Positions 16,399 to 26,363 of a stretch of DNA of 64,000 nucleotides are shown here, one piece after another (positions within the stretch are counted from its first letter, which is position 1; each line of letters starts with the position of its first letter). Location of the stretch: positions 173 to 64,172 of the forward strand of contig JAHIZR010000228.1 in the NCBI GenBank assembly GCA_018814465.1, written 5' to 3'. The notes under the pieces are model-generated. The model did no database searches. It worked only from the letters and a program-made list of their open reading frames with translations, and was not told the origin of the DNA. Source of the DNA: a bacterium (GTDB taxonomy: Bacteria; Electryoneota; RPQS01). The position numbers and the translations under genes are program-made.

Positions 16399-17867
16399 TC
16401 GTCCGCAATCAGAAGCTCAAGGACGCGGAGTTTCAGTATCGCGACGACCCAGAAGCGTTCTCCGCCGACGTGCTCGGGCTCATCCTGTGGGATAAGCTCG
16501 TCGAATACCTCTGGAGCGTCGCGCAGCATCAGAACACCGCGCTCAAAGCCTGCTTCGCCTCGAGCAAGACGTTCGGCTTAGCGGCGATCTGTCTGTGGTT
16601 TCTGTTCACGCGCTACAACAGCAAGGTCGTCACGACCGCGCCGACGCGGCGGCAAGTGCGCGACCTGCTCTGGGCGGACATCGCGAGTCTGCACGCGCAC
16701 AGCAAAATTACGCTGGGCGGCGAATGCCTCACGGAACGGCTGCAGTTAGGGCGGCGCTGGCTGGCCGTCGGCTTTACGGCGAATAAGCGCAATCAAGCGA
16801 CGTTTCAAGGCTATCACGCTTCCGGCGGCTTACTCTACGCCATCGACGAAGCGACCGGCGTCGCGCCGAATATCTTCAACGCCCGCGACCGCATCATCGT
16901 CAGTCCCGAGGATCGCTTCGTCTGCATCGGCAATCCAACCGATCCGAATTGCGAATTCGCGCGCGCGTTCAAGGACCCGACCTTCCACAAGCTGCAAATC
17001 ACCGCCTATGAGACGCCGAACGTCCGGGCGGGCCGGACGATCATTCCGGGCATGATGACCGTGGAATGGCTGCGCGACAAGGAAGCGCGCTGGAAAGATC
17101 GCATCCCGCAGCTCTGGCTCAGTATGGTCATGGCCGAATTCCCGGAAGGGCGGGACGACGCGCTGATCCCGCTGTCGTGGATCGAAGCCGCGATGCTGCG
17201 CTGGGAAACACTGCGCGAACAGCAAGCCGTGCTGGACGAAGCGCGGAAGATTCTCGGCATCGACGTGGCTACGACCGGCACCGACTTCTCCGTCTTCGCG
17301 CCGCGGCTTGGTCAATGGGTGGAAGAGCTGCACTCCTACAGCGGCAAGGACACGCAGGAGCTCGCCGCGCTCGCGCAGATCGAGCACGGACGCGGCTACG
17401 AGCTGGCCGTCGATGCGATCGGCGTCGGCGCGGGCGTCGCTGACGCGCTGCTGCAAGCGGGCGTCCCCGTGCATAAAGTCATCGGTAGCGCCGCGAGCGA
17501 TAAGAAAGACAGTACCGGCTCCTTCGGCTTCACGAACGTGCGCAGCGAACTGCACTGGTCGATGCGCGAACGGCTCGACCCGGCCGGTCCGCTACCGCTG
17601 GCGTTGCCGCGCGACGAACTGCTGCGCGAGGAGCTCGCGGCGCCGACATGGAAACCCGTGATCGGCGGGCGCGTCCAAGTCGAGCCGAAAGACAAAGTGA
17701 AGGAAAAACTCGGCCGTAGTCCAGATCGCTCCGACGCGCTCATCAATACGCTGGCCGTCGAGAACTTCGCGACACCGGCTTACCTGCCCCCCGCCCCGTC
17801 AGCGGATCGGCAGCAGCGCCAACAACATCAACCGACTCCATCAACAGAACGAAAGCGAAAATGGTAA
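16335..17867 (+). CDS. Terminase large subunit (ATPase plus nuclease)
   Basis: Walker A-like FASSKTFG, Walker B LLYAIDEATG and a C-terminal RNaseH-like region GIDVATTGTDFS. An alternative start is at 16374. Confidence 0.8.
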   Translation: MDGPIRPARGSRPMGGAPEIIIVRNQKLKDAEFQYRDDPEAFSADVLGLILWDKLVEYLWSVAQHQNTALKACFASSKTFGLAAICLWFLFTRYNSKVVTTAPTRRQVRDLLWADIASLHAHSKITLGGECLTERLQLGRRWLAVGFTANKRNQATFQGYHASGGLLYAIDEATGVAPNIFNARDRIIVSPEDRFVCIGNPTDPNCEFARAFKDPTFHKLQITAYETPNVRAGRTIIPGMMTVEWLRDKEARWKDRIPQLWLSMVMAEFPEGRDDALIPLSWIEAAMLRWETLREQQAVLDEARKILGIDVATTGTDFSVFAPRLGQWVEELHSYSGKDTQELAALAQIEHGRGYELAVDAIGVGAGVADALLQAGVPVHKVIGSAASDKKDSTGSFGFTNVRSELHWSMRERLDPAGPLPLALPRDELLREELAAPTWKPVIGGRVQVEPKDKVKEKLGRSPDRSDALINTLAVENFATPAYLPPAPSADRQQRQQHQPTPSTERKRKW

Positions 17868-17870
17868 CTC

Positions 17871-19322
17871 ATGGGACTTCTTGAAAAACTCGGCTGGCGG
17901 CGCCCCGTCGCCGTGCTCGGCCTGCCGCTGCGCGAGAGCGACTCCGGTCGCTGGATTCGCATCGGCGGCGGTCTGCGCTATAACCGCGATATGTCCGCGA
18001 CGGATATCTACGAAACGTGCGACCGCGCCTTTCGCGCCTGGCGGCTCAATCCGTTCGTCAAGCGCTTAACGGAAATGTGGGTGAACTTCGTCGTCGGCGC
18101 CGGCCTGACGTTCACGGCTAACGACGAGCGCGTGCAAGCCGTGCTGGACGACTTCGTAAAACGCAACAAGCTCAACCTGCGCATGAAAAAGCGCGCGCGC
18201 GAAGCGTTTCTGTTCGGCGAACTGATCTGCGCGCCGAACGTCAACGTCGCGACCGGCCACACGCGGCTCGCCTTTCTCGATCCGCTGCAAGTGAGCAAGA
18301 TCGAGCTCGATCCTTTCGACGGCGATAATCCCGTCGCGATCGTCGTCTCCGGACAGGACGGACAGGCGCTTAGCTTGCCGATCGTGCGCGAAGACCTCGC
18401 CAGCGCCGCCGCGCTGCGCATTCCGGAACTCTACGGCGCTAAACGGCCCGGCGGGTTCAACGCGCCGTTGCTCACGCTGGGCCGGAAAGTCGGACGCGCC
18501 TTTTACCTCGCGTTCAACAGCATCGTCGGCTCGACGCGCGGCACGTCCGACCTGCTTACGATCCTCGACTGGTGCGCGGGCACGGAAGATCTGCTCTGGG
18601 AATTTCGCGCGCGGGCGGAAAGCCAGAACCGGCTCTTTGGCGTGATCACGATCAAGGGCGCGACACCCGCGCAATTACGCAAGTACCGCGACAAGGATTC
18701 GGCGGAGTACATTCCCCCGCCCGGCACGGAAAAGGAAGCGTGGGCTTACGCGAACGAGAATATTACCTTCGCCTTCGTTAATCCGCAGCTCGGCGCGAGC
18801 GATATCGCGGAAGCCATTCGCCTGTTCAAGTCGATGATCGAGATCGGCGGCGGTCCGCCGGAACACTACCTGGGACAAGCCAAGGAGATGACCTACGCCT
18901 CGGCGCAGGATGCCTCGAATCCCTTCCTGCAGCAGATCCGCTCCGGTCAGCAGGAATTCACGGAATTCTGGCTGGAGATCGCGCAGTACGTCGTGGATCA
19001 GAAGCTGATCTTCACGAACGAGCTGGACGGTATCACGGACTTGACGGTTGCCGTCAAAGCGCCGGAAGTCGTGCCGGAGGACGCGAAGTATAAAGCGGAG
19101 CTCGCGAATCAGTTCACGCAGGTCGTTGTGGCGTGGCGCGCGAATAATTGGGTCACCGACGAGCAGGCGATTGACCTGATGCATCAGATCGCGCAAGCCG
19201 CCGGGATGAAAGTCAAAGTCGTAGAGCAGATCATCGGCCCGGTCGCCGCGCAGCAGAACTGGGCGCGGGAAGCCTTGCGGAGGATCAGCAATCCAGAATC
19301 AAACACGAGGTTACAGCAATGA
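17871..19322 (+). CDS. Portal protein
   Basis: About 480 aa, immediately after the large terminase. Overall portal-like sequence. Confidence 0.7.
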   Translation: MGLLEKLGWRRPVAVLGLPLRESDSGRWIRIGGGLRYNRDMSATDIYETCDRAFRAWRLNPFVKRLTEMWVNFVVGAGLTFTANDERVQAVLDDFVKRNKLNLRMKKRAREAFLFGELICAPNVNVATGHTRLAFLDPLQVSKIELDPFDGDNPVAIVVSGQDGQALSLPIVREDLASAAALRIPELYGAKRPGGFNAPLLTLGRKVGRAFYLAFNSIVGSTRGTSDLLTILDWCAGTEDLLWEFRARAESQNRLFGVITIKGATPAQLRKYRDKDSAEYIPPPGTEKEAWAYANENITFAFVNPQLGASDIAEAIRLFKSMIEIGGGPPEHYLGQAKEMTYASAQDASNPFLQQIRSGQQEFTEFWLEIAQYVVDQKLIFTNELDGITDLTVAVKAPEVVPEDAKYKAELANQFTQVVVAWRANNWVTDEQAIDLMHQIAQAAGMKVKVVEQIIGPVAAQQNWAREALRRISNPESNTRLQQ

Positions 19323-19801
19323 ACAACTCAACGCTCTTCTCATTTCTCTTTCTTTTAGTCACGCTCGTGCTCGGCTGCACTGACGAGAATAACTACTACA
19401 CTCTGAACAGCCAGCCGGACGAGGGAGTGCAGATTCTTTATCCGACCGCCACGGATACGATCAGAATCTACACGAGTCCGGATTGGGGCGCTGATACCAT
19501 CGTCTATGGTCGCGTGCGCGCCAGTCTTCCCGCCGGGGTTTTCTCAGCAAACTCGCTGCGCATGGATCGCGATTCGTGCGGTTGGTACGCAAATCAGCCG
19601 GTGACATACCCGACTGCGGAGGAATTCGCGCTGCCGATCTTGCGCGAGCATACGATCAGAAATGAGACGGACAACTGCAATGCTGGAGTGATCGAAGGAA
19701 TACTACCCTGCTGGATCCGCATCGTCGTCGCCGATAATGCGGGCGCGGAGTGGTATCGCACGGTCAGTTTCCACATCGCATACATTGACACGACACACTA
19801 A
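19319..19801 (+). CDS. Lipoprotein (signal peptide plus LVLGC lipobox) encoded inside the packaging and head module
   Basis: MNNSTLFSFLFLLVTLVLGC. Confidence 0.6.
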   Translation: MNNSTLFSFLFLLVTLVLGCTDENNYYTLNSQPDEGVQILYPTATDTIRIYTSPDWGADTIVYGRVRASLPAGVFSANSLRMDRDSCGWYANQPVTYPTAEEFALPILREHTIRNETDNCNAGVIEGILPCWIRIVVADNAGAEWYRTVSFHIAYIDTTH

Positions 19802-19822
19802 CCGTTCCGAAAGCAAATCGCA

Positions 19823-21235
19823 ATGCACAACAATCATAACACGTTGAACGGGTTTCCCGTGAAACACTGCCGACTCGATGAACTTACGAAAGCAAGCTGG
19901 AATCCGCGCCAAATCAGCGATGAGCAAAAAGCAGCCTTGCAACGCTCATTGGAAACCTTCGGCGTCGTCGAACCCATCGTCTACAACGAGGTGACCGGAC
20001 ACGTGGTGGCCGGACATCAGCGGCTCGACGCGCTAATCGCGAATGGCGAGACCGAAACCGACGTGGTCGTCGTTCAACTCGACGAGACGCGCGAGAAGCA
20101 GCTCAACGTCGCGTTGAACCGGATCAGCGGCGAATGGAATTACGATCTGCTGCAGGAACTGTTCGCCGACTTACAAGCCGAGGGCGCGGATTTGTCGCTG
20201 ACCGGGTTCAGCACCGCCGAGCTCGACGATTTGCTCGCTCCAGTCCCGAGCGCCGCGACCACTCCCGAACTCACGGAAGAACAAGCAGGCCATCTGAATC
20301 GCGCTTGGCAGGAATGGGCGCAGGATACGCTCAAGTTCATCGACCTGCTCGCGCCGCACGGCGTCGTCTCGCATAACTGCACTCCGGCGATTGCCCGCGT
20401 TCATTTCCTGCGCGCGCTGTATCAAGGCGAACGCTATCCGCGCTGGTGCTCGCATGCGTTTCACCCGCGCCAGCTGCACGTTGCCGGACACGCGCATAGC
20501 ATGGTGGACGCGCTCAAGTTCTTCGCCGAAGATCCGACGCTGGAATACGGCGACTCCTTCCGCTGGTGCCTGAAGGACCGGCCGTCCATCGACGTGATTC
20601 TCGCGCAGAGCCTGCCGCTCGGCAGTTGCCGGATCGCGCCGGACTTTCCGGCGGATCTGGCGCGCGACTTGATCGACGAATTCTGCCCGGCAGGCGGGGC
20701 GGTGCTGGATCCCTGTCACGGCTGGGGCGGACGGCTCGTCGGCTTCCTGCTCAGCCGCGCCATGGCTTACACCGGCTTCGATCCGGCGGAAGCCACGCAC
20801 ACCGGCACGAAAAAACTCTTCGCGGATTTTTCCCGCTTCACGCCCGGCAAGCAAGTCGACTTCCAGTGCCGCTGCTTCGAGGAAAGCGAACTCGAACCGG
20901 AAAGCTTCGATTTCGCGCTCACCTCCCCGCCCTATTTCAACGTCGAAAAATACGAGGGCGAGGACTCCAGCCACCGCAAGTACAAACAGTTTCAAGTCTG
21001 GGACGCCTGCTTCTACCACGAACTGATCGCGCGCACGGCGCAAGCGCTTAAACCGCACGCCGTCTTCGCATTGCAAGTCGGCAATCAGAAACACCCGCTC
21101 GAACAGCGCGCGAAAGAGCACGCGCAGCGGTGCGGCTTGACCTATCTCGAAACGCGCGCGTCGGGCATGACGAATAACTGGACGGAGACGCCGGAAGCGG
21201 ACGGCGAAGTCGTCGTGCTCTTTCGCAAAGGATGA
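19823..21235 (+). CDS. ParB-like nuclease domain fused to a DNA methyltransferase (N6A/N4C family, SPPY motif)
   Basis: N-terminal VVAGHQRLDAL ParB motif. FxGxG-like DPCHGWGG and catalytic LTSPPYFN. Confidence 0.75.
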   Translation: MHNNHNTLNGFPVKHCRLDELTKASWNPRQISDEQKAALQRSLETFGVVEPIVYNEVTGHVVAGHQRLDALIANGETETDVVVVQLDETREKQLNVALNRISGEWNYDLLQELFADLQAEGADLSLTGFSTAELDDLLAPVPSAATTPELTEEQAGHLNRAWQEWAQDTLKFIDLLAPHGVVSHNCTPAIARVHFLRALYQGERYPRWCSHAFHPRQLHVAGHAHSMVDALKFFAEDPTLEYGDSFRWCLKDRPSIDVILAQSLPLGSCRIAPDFPADLARDLIDEFCPAGGAVLDPCHGWGGRLVGFLLSRAMAYTGFDPAEATHTGTKKLFADFSRFTPGKQVDFQCRCFEESELEPESFDFALTSPPYFNVEKYEGEDSSHRKYKQFQVWDACFYHELIARTAQALKPHAVFALQVGNQKHPLEQRAKEHAQRCGLTYLETRASGMTNNWTETPEADGEVVVLFRKG

Positions 21236-21621
21236 GCGTGATCATTACTCGCGCGGCGCGGCTCGCGCGCCTCGCGCAATTGCGGCAAACCGAAGCGAAA
21301 AGCGACGTCTACCCGCTGATCGGCAACCTGCCGACGATGCGCCTGATTCTGGTGTGGCCGAAACTCGCGCTGGACCTGCCGGAAGCGTACGAGAGCAACG
21401 AACCCAACGCCGCACGCGCTCTGGACGATCTCTGGGCGGGTATCATCCTGGATTATCCGGCGCTCGCCGACAGCGCGCGCATCCCGCTATCCGTCATTAA
21501 GCAGCACGTCCGCGAAGCGCAAGTGCACCGCTGGATCTACCCGGACGGCTCGATTCACGCGCACGCACTCGAACTCGCGCGCGCGACCATCCTGAAAATC
21601 GCGCGCGGCAAAGAGGAGTAA
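21232..21621 (+). CDS. Hypothetical protein
   Basis: ATGA overlap. Confidence 0.5.
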   Translation: MSVIITRAARLARLAQLRQTEAKSDVYPLIGNLPTMRLILVWPKLALDLPEAYESNEPNAARALDDLWAGIILDYPALADSARIPLSVIKQHVREAQVHRWIYPDGSIHAHALELARATILKIARGKEE

Positions 21622-21628
21622 GCAAGGC

Positions 21629-22483
21629 ATGCCAGTAACACCGGATAAAATCAGGCAATTCGAGCGACGCGTGAAAGCCTTGCAGGCGAGCGCGGAACAC
21701 CTCGCCAAGGACGTCCGCGCGCGCGTCAATGCGGTCGTAAACGAGCACCGGCGGCGCATCAAGGAGCTGCTCGATCAACAGCCGCTGCAGCAGGCTGCAA
21801 TCGCGGCGGCGGACGTGCCGCGCCTCAAAACTCAGCTGCGCCGCGAAGTCGACGAAATGCTCGCCGAAGCGATTGAACTCGTGCAAGCCGCCGAAGAGCT
21901 CGCTTGGTCGAAAGGGTTCGCCGCCGGTCAGGAATTAGCCGCCAGTCTCGGCCTTGAAGCGTCCTTCTTCGCGCCGTCCCTCGCTTTGCGCACGATCGCA
22001 ACCGGCTATACCGCCGATCTGATTCGCTCGATTGCGGACGACCTCATGCCGAAAGTCAACGGCGTGATCGCGCGCGGCGTCTTAGGCAACCTCTCGCCCT
22101 ACGCGGCGATGCAGGAGATCGACGTGCTCCTTGGCCGCGGCGGACAGCGCGGCGTGAGCTATCAAGCCGAACGCATCGTGCGCACCGAAGTGCAGCGCGT
22201 CTACTCCATCGCGCTCGACACGCAAGTACAAGCGCTCGCGGCCATGGCGGAACATCCGCAAAAACTCCGCAAACAATGGGTTGCCGGACCGTTTCGACAG
22301 GGTCGCCGCGAGGAGCATCAGCAGATCGACGGTCAGACCGTTCCGGTCGCCGAGCCGTTCAAACTCCCGGATGGCACGCGCCTGATGTATCCGCGCGACC
22401 CCGCCGGCCCGCCGCATCAAACCATCAACTGCGGCTGTTCTTGGATCATCGACCCGGACTCGCTCGCCGACGCCATGCACTAA
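21629..22483 (+). CDS. Head morphogenesis protein (Mu gpF / SPP1 gp7 family)
   Basis: C-terminal region with conserved His and a Cys pair (HQTINCGCSW). Position after the portal. Confidence 0.65.
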   Translation: MPVTPDKIRQFERRVKALQASAEHLAKDVRARVNAVVNEHRRRIKELLDQQPLQQAAIAAADVPRLKTQLRREVDEMLAEAIELVQAAEELAWSKGFAAGQELAASLGLEASFFAPSLALRTIATGYTADLIRSIADDLMPKVNGVIARGVLGNLSPYAAMQEIDVLLGRGGQRGVSYQAERIVRTEVQRVYSIALDTQVQALAAMAEHPQKLRKQWVAGPFRQGRREEHQQIDGQTVPVAEPFKLPDGTRLMYPRDPAGPPHQTINCGCSWIIDPDSLADAMH

Positions 22484-22518
22484 CGCTATTCCCCTCCAAA
22501 GGGGCATCCCCCAAAAAA

Positions 22519-22558
22519 CTCCTATAAGATTCGTACGAACCTTATAGGGGTTTTTTAT
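22519..22558 (+). terminator. Rho-independent terminator. The hairpin CCTATAAG...CTTATAGG is followed by GGTTTTTTAT. An A-run upstream makes it potentially bidirectional.
   Basis: Perfect 8-bp stem with an inner palindrome TTCGTACGAA, then a T-run. Confidence 0.7.
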
Positions 22559-22566
22559 AACAGGCC

Positions 22567-22595
22567 TTGACGAGGCCCGCCAGCAACTGTAGATT
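22567..22595 (+). promoter_or_regulatory. Sigma70-like promoter TTGACG-17 nt-TAGATT upstream of the capsid polyprotein gene
   Basis: Hexamers and spacing read from the sequence. Confidence 0.4.
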
Positions 22596-22628
22596 CAGGA
22601 TGTACGCTCGCTTACTCGATTAATCATA

Positions 22629-25061
22629 ATGCACCGCATCAAATTCAATCGCATTTCCGAATCGCGGATTTTAGCCGCCGATAAATCCGGCAAGATCTGG
22701 GAAGTCCTCGTGATCAAGGAAGGACTGTCCCGCAACTTGTGCCCGGAAGGCTTCCGCTATTACTACGACGCCGCCATGCTCAAGACGGCGCTGCCGCTGT
22801 TCGATAATCGACCCGCCTATGCCTTCGAGTTCAGCTCGGAATACTTCAATCATGTGCCGGACGGCGCGATCCCGATCAAGCAGCAAGCCGGAATCGCCAA
22901 GAATAAAGTCGGCGTCTACACGAATCCCCATTGGGGCCAGGACGACGAGGGTAACGAGGGTATTATCTGCACCTTGACGCTCGTCGACGTCGATCTGGCC
23001 GGAAAGATGCGCGAAGCCTGGGACAGCGGCCTGCGCGATTTCGTCGGCTACTCCATCGACGGTGACGGCGGCTATGAGCTCGTCAAAGTCGGCGGACAAA
23101 CCGTCGCCAGCGTTCAGTTACGAAGTATCGACTCTATCGATGTTGTGACCTCTCCAGCGGCGGGAGGCAAAAATATCCGCTTAGTTGCCGCACAATCCAG
23201 TGATCAAACCGAGGACAAGAAACCCATGAACGTAAAAGTGCGATCCGCCATCTTCCGCATTTTAGAGGCGCGGAAGGCCGCGAAAGAGCGCTCCGACCGG
23301 ATCCTCGAAGCGGACGACGCAAGCGCCCTCACCGTCGCCGTTGAGGAACTCAAAAAAGAAGCCGATGTCATGCAGCGGCAATCCGGCATGGAACAAGCCG
23401 TGCAACTCGCGCAAGAAGCGATCTCCGCGCTGCAAGCGGGCAACGCGGACGGCGCGCTCGTCGCGCTGCAGAAGTTGCTCGACTTGCAAGCGCCACCGGC
23501 TCCGGCACCGGCGGCGCAGAACTCCGCTGCGCCCGCCGCGCAATCCGGACAGCCTTCTCCCACTGTCGTCAATCCGACCGCGCCTGCGCAGGCAGCGGAC
23601 AACAAACCGCAGGAACCGGCCGGCGCGAACGGCGGCAGCGCCGGTACGCCGGATCAAATGCAACAGCTCAAGGAAGAAGTCGCGTCGCTCAAGACGGAGC
23701 TCGATCAGGATAAGGCCATCAAGCTGATCGAGGCCAGCAACCTGCCCGACGCTTCGAAAGAGCATTTAAAAGAAAGCGTGCGCGAACGCAGCTTGACGAG
23801 TCAGCGCGTGCGCGAAGCGATTCAAGCCGAACAGAAGTACCTCGAGCGGCTCGGCATCGGCAATACGGAAAACGTGCAGTTGCGCGAAGCCGGACGCGAG
23901 GACGTGATCCTCGCCGTGGAAGGCTTCTTCGACAACGCCGATCAGAAGGATCCGAAAGGCCGCGTCGTGCGCCGCTTCCGCAATATCCGCGAAGCAGCGA
24001 TGCGCGGTTTCGGCGTATCGCACGATGTCGCGCAAAACGCCGACCGGCTGCTCGGCATGCTCTGCCGCAATTCTTACGCCTCGTCCGTCCGCTTAGCGGA
24101 GAGCATGACGACGGCGACTTTCGATCAAGTCTTCGGCGACGCGCTGCACCGCAAGCTCATGAAAGAGTACCAGCTTCCGCTCTGGAACGACTGGCAGAAC
24201 ATCGTGGAGATCGTGGACGATATCACCGACTTCCGCGAGCACAACTTCATCCGGCTCGGCTACTGGGGCGAACTGCCCGACGTGAATCCGGACGGCGGCA
24301 CGTTCCAGGACTTGCCGGATCTCGCCGATGAGCAAGTTGGGCTGAGCGTGACCACCAAGGGCGGCATCTTCTCGATCACGCGCAAAATGCTCGTGAACGA
24401 CGACATGCGCGCGATCCGGCTGCTGCCGGTGCGGGCCGGGCGAGCGCTCAAGATGCGCATCTACCGCGCGGTCTTCGGCGCGCTCGTCAATAATGTCGCC
24501 TGCGGTTACGACAACACCGCCTTGCTGCATACCAACCACGCCAACAAAGCCGGCGGCTCGGATACCTTATCCGCGCCCGCGCTGAACGCCGGACGCTCGA
24601 AAATGTTCATGCAGAAAGCCGCGCTCTCCGACGCCACCGAGCCGGAATACCTCGGCGAAGCGAACACTCCGCGCTGGCTGATCGTCCACCCGGATAACGA
24701 ACAGATGGCGCTCGCGCTTACGAAGTCCGTCGCCGCCGTGCAGCTCGCGCAAGCGGCGGGCGGCTACGCGGCGAGCCAGTTCCTCGCGTCTAATACCGTC
24801 CCGAACCTCCATCAGAACACGATGGATTACATCCTCTGTCCGCGCATTCCGAACGCCACTTACTGGTGGATGCTCGCGGATCCGTCCTACGTGCCGACCA
24901 TCGCTGTCGGTTTCCTGAACGGCCAGCGCGAACCGGAGCTCTTCCAGGAAGTCGCGAACAGCGGTTCGAACTTCACGGCGGATAAAGTCAGCTACAAAGT
25001 GCGCCACGACGCCGGTGTCAAGCCGGTCGATCATCGCGGCGTCTACGGCTTCAACGGTTAA
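22629..25061 (+). CDS. Fused prohead protease (Mu gpI-like) - coiled-coil/Pro-Ala scaffold - HK97-fold major capsid protein
   Basis: Single 810-aa ORF. The N-terminal ~200 aa are protease-like, a coiled-coil and PAPAPAAQ linker sit in the middle, and the C-terminal ~430 aa are capsid-like. Confidence 0.6.
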   Translation: MHRIKFNRISESRILAADKSGKIWEVLVIKEGLSRNLCPEGFRYYYDAAMLKTALPLFDNRPAYAFEFSSEYFNHVPDGAIPIKQQAGIAKNKVGVYTNPHWGQDDEGNEGIICTLTLVDVDLAGKMREAWDSGLRDFVGYSIDGDGGYELVKVGGQTVASVQLRSIDSIDVVTSPAAGGKNIRLVAAQSSDQTEDKKPMNVKVRSAIFRILEARKAAKERSDRILEADDASALTVAVEELKKEADVMQRQSGMEQAVQLAQEAISALQAGNADGALVALQKLLDLQAPPAPAPAAQNSAAPAAQSGQPSPTVVNPTAPAQAADNKPQEPAGANGGSAGTPDQMQQLKEEVASLKTELDQDKAIKLIEASNLPDASKEHLKESVRERSLTSQRVREAIQAEQKYLERLGIGNTENVQLREAGREDVILAVEGFFDNADQKDPKGRVVRRFRNIREAAMRGFGVSHDVAQNADRLLGMLCRNSYASSVRLAESMTTATFDQVFGDALHRKLMKEYQLPLWNDWQNIVEIVDDITDFREHNFIRLGYWGELPDVNPDGGTFQDLPDLADEQVGLSVTTKGGIFSITRKMLVNDDMRAIRLLPVRAGRALKMRIYRAVFGALVNNVACGYDNTALLHTNHANKAGGSDTLSAPALNAGRSKMFMQKAALSDATEPEYLGEANTPRWLIVHPDNEQMALALTKSVAAVQLAQAAGGYAASQFLASNTVPNLHQNTMDYILCPRIPNATYWWMLADPSYVPTIAVGFLNGQREPELFQEVANSGSNFTADKVSYKVRHDAGVKPVDHRGVYGFNG

Positions 25062-25161
25062 TAAGCAATCTCGGTTACGCCGGGGCCGCGCTGGCGCACA
25101 GCGCGAGCCGGTCCCGGCCACCGAATCCATTCTCACGACTCAACCAGAAGGAATCCCCGCT

Positions 25162-25584
25162 ATGGGAAAGACTCGATTCAGCGATATCCCCGGACCGCTG
25201 CCCTTCAGCGCGCGCACGCCCGCTCATCTCGCGGCCACCGCGACGGAGGAATGGCCGGTCTTCCGCGCCCCCTTCGCTTGCACCCTGAAGAAACTCGATA
25301 TCGTCCCGCAAGCCGCCGTCACCGGCGATAACACCAATCGCACGAATCTGAACGTGCTGAATAAAGGCGCGGCTGGCGCCGGCACGATCGAAGTCGGCAA
25401 TCTCGATCTCGCCACCGGCACAAATCTCACGGCTTTCGACTCGACGTCGCTCCCGCTTAACGCCACCTATACATCCGGCGTCACGCTTGCCGAAGGCGAC
25501 GTCGTCACGATCCAGCATGAGAAAGTCGGCAACGGCGTGCTCGTGCCGGAATGTCTCGTCTATCTCGAAATCGATCCGGCGTAA
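25162..25584 (+). CDS. Hypothetical head protein
   Basis: RBS-supported ATG at 25162. Position in the head module. Confidence 0.5.
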   Translation: MGKTRFSDIPGPLPFSARTPAHLAATATEEWPVFRAPFACTLKKLDIVPQAAVTGDNTNRTNLNVLNKGAAGAGTIEVGNLDLATGTNLTAFDSTSLPLNATYTSGVTLAEGDVVTIQHEKVGNGVLVPECLVYLEIDPA

Positions 25585-25590
25585 CGGCGC

Positions 25591-25998
25591 ATGAGCAAAA
25601 TCCTGAAAACGGAAAAGATCGCGGACGGCGTCGTGCTGAACGACGCGCAGACGAGCTACAACTGCCGCCCGGTCAATCTGAGCGGAATCGTCACCGACGA
25701 TTCGCCCATCTACTACGCTATCGGCTCCAACGCCGTCGCGGGCGGAACTTTTAGCGGCGCTCTGAACGGCGCATTGACGGAAGCCGATCTCGCGGATAGC
25801 GGACGACGGATCAATGCACTGGCACAGCTATTCCCGTCGACTGGAGCAGTAGCCACCGCGAAGCAGCTCCGCAATATCGAGTTCTCAGCGAGCATACCAG
25901 AAATTACTCCATGGCAGCAAGTCGCGCTCAGCCGCGCTTCCGGCGCGGGCACAGCGATCACCGTCGATGTCTGGGCTGTCTGGCGCGAGGAAACCTGA
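25591..25998 (+). CDS. Hypothetical structural protein
   Basis: Position. Confidence 0.5.
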   Translation: MSKILKTEKIADGVVLNDAQTSYNCRPVNLSGIVTDDSPIYYAIGSNAVAGGTFSGALNGALTEADLADSGRRINALAQLFPSTGAVATAKQLRNIEFSASIPEITPWQQVALSRASGAGTAITVDVWAVWREET

Positions 25999-26363
25999 TG
26001 AGCGCGCGCGCGAGCAGGCAATTTCACTTGACTTCGCTGGAAGTCCACCTCAATAAAGAGCAGCAGGTGGTTTCCGACGTTCTGGACACCTCGCGCTTCT
26101 ACTCTTTAACAGTGGGAATCACCTCCGACGAAGCCATCAGTCCTGATCGGGCGGCAATTATCGTTGAACAGTCCGTTGATAATCAGACATGGTTTGAGGC
26201 GATGCGGGTCGGCGTGAATATGATTCAGAATCCGATCCCCGTAGGCAACTCATTTCAGTGTGTCTACTCACCGATCATGAAATTCTCCCGTGTTCGAATC
26301 GTCAATACAGCAGGTGATTTCGAGTTCACGATTCTCTCCGCTTGGGCGGAGGCGAAGACGTGA
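25998..26363 (+). CDS. Hypothetical structural protein
   Basis: ATGA overlap. Confidence 0.5.
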   Translation: MSARASRQFHLTSLEVHLNKEQQVVSDVLDTSRFYSLTVGITSDEAISPDRAAIIVEQSVDNQTWFEAMRVGVNMIQNPIPVGNSFQCVYSPIMKFSRVRIVNTAGDFEFTILSAWAEAKT

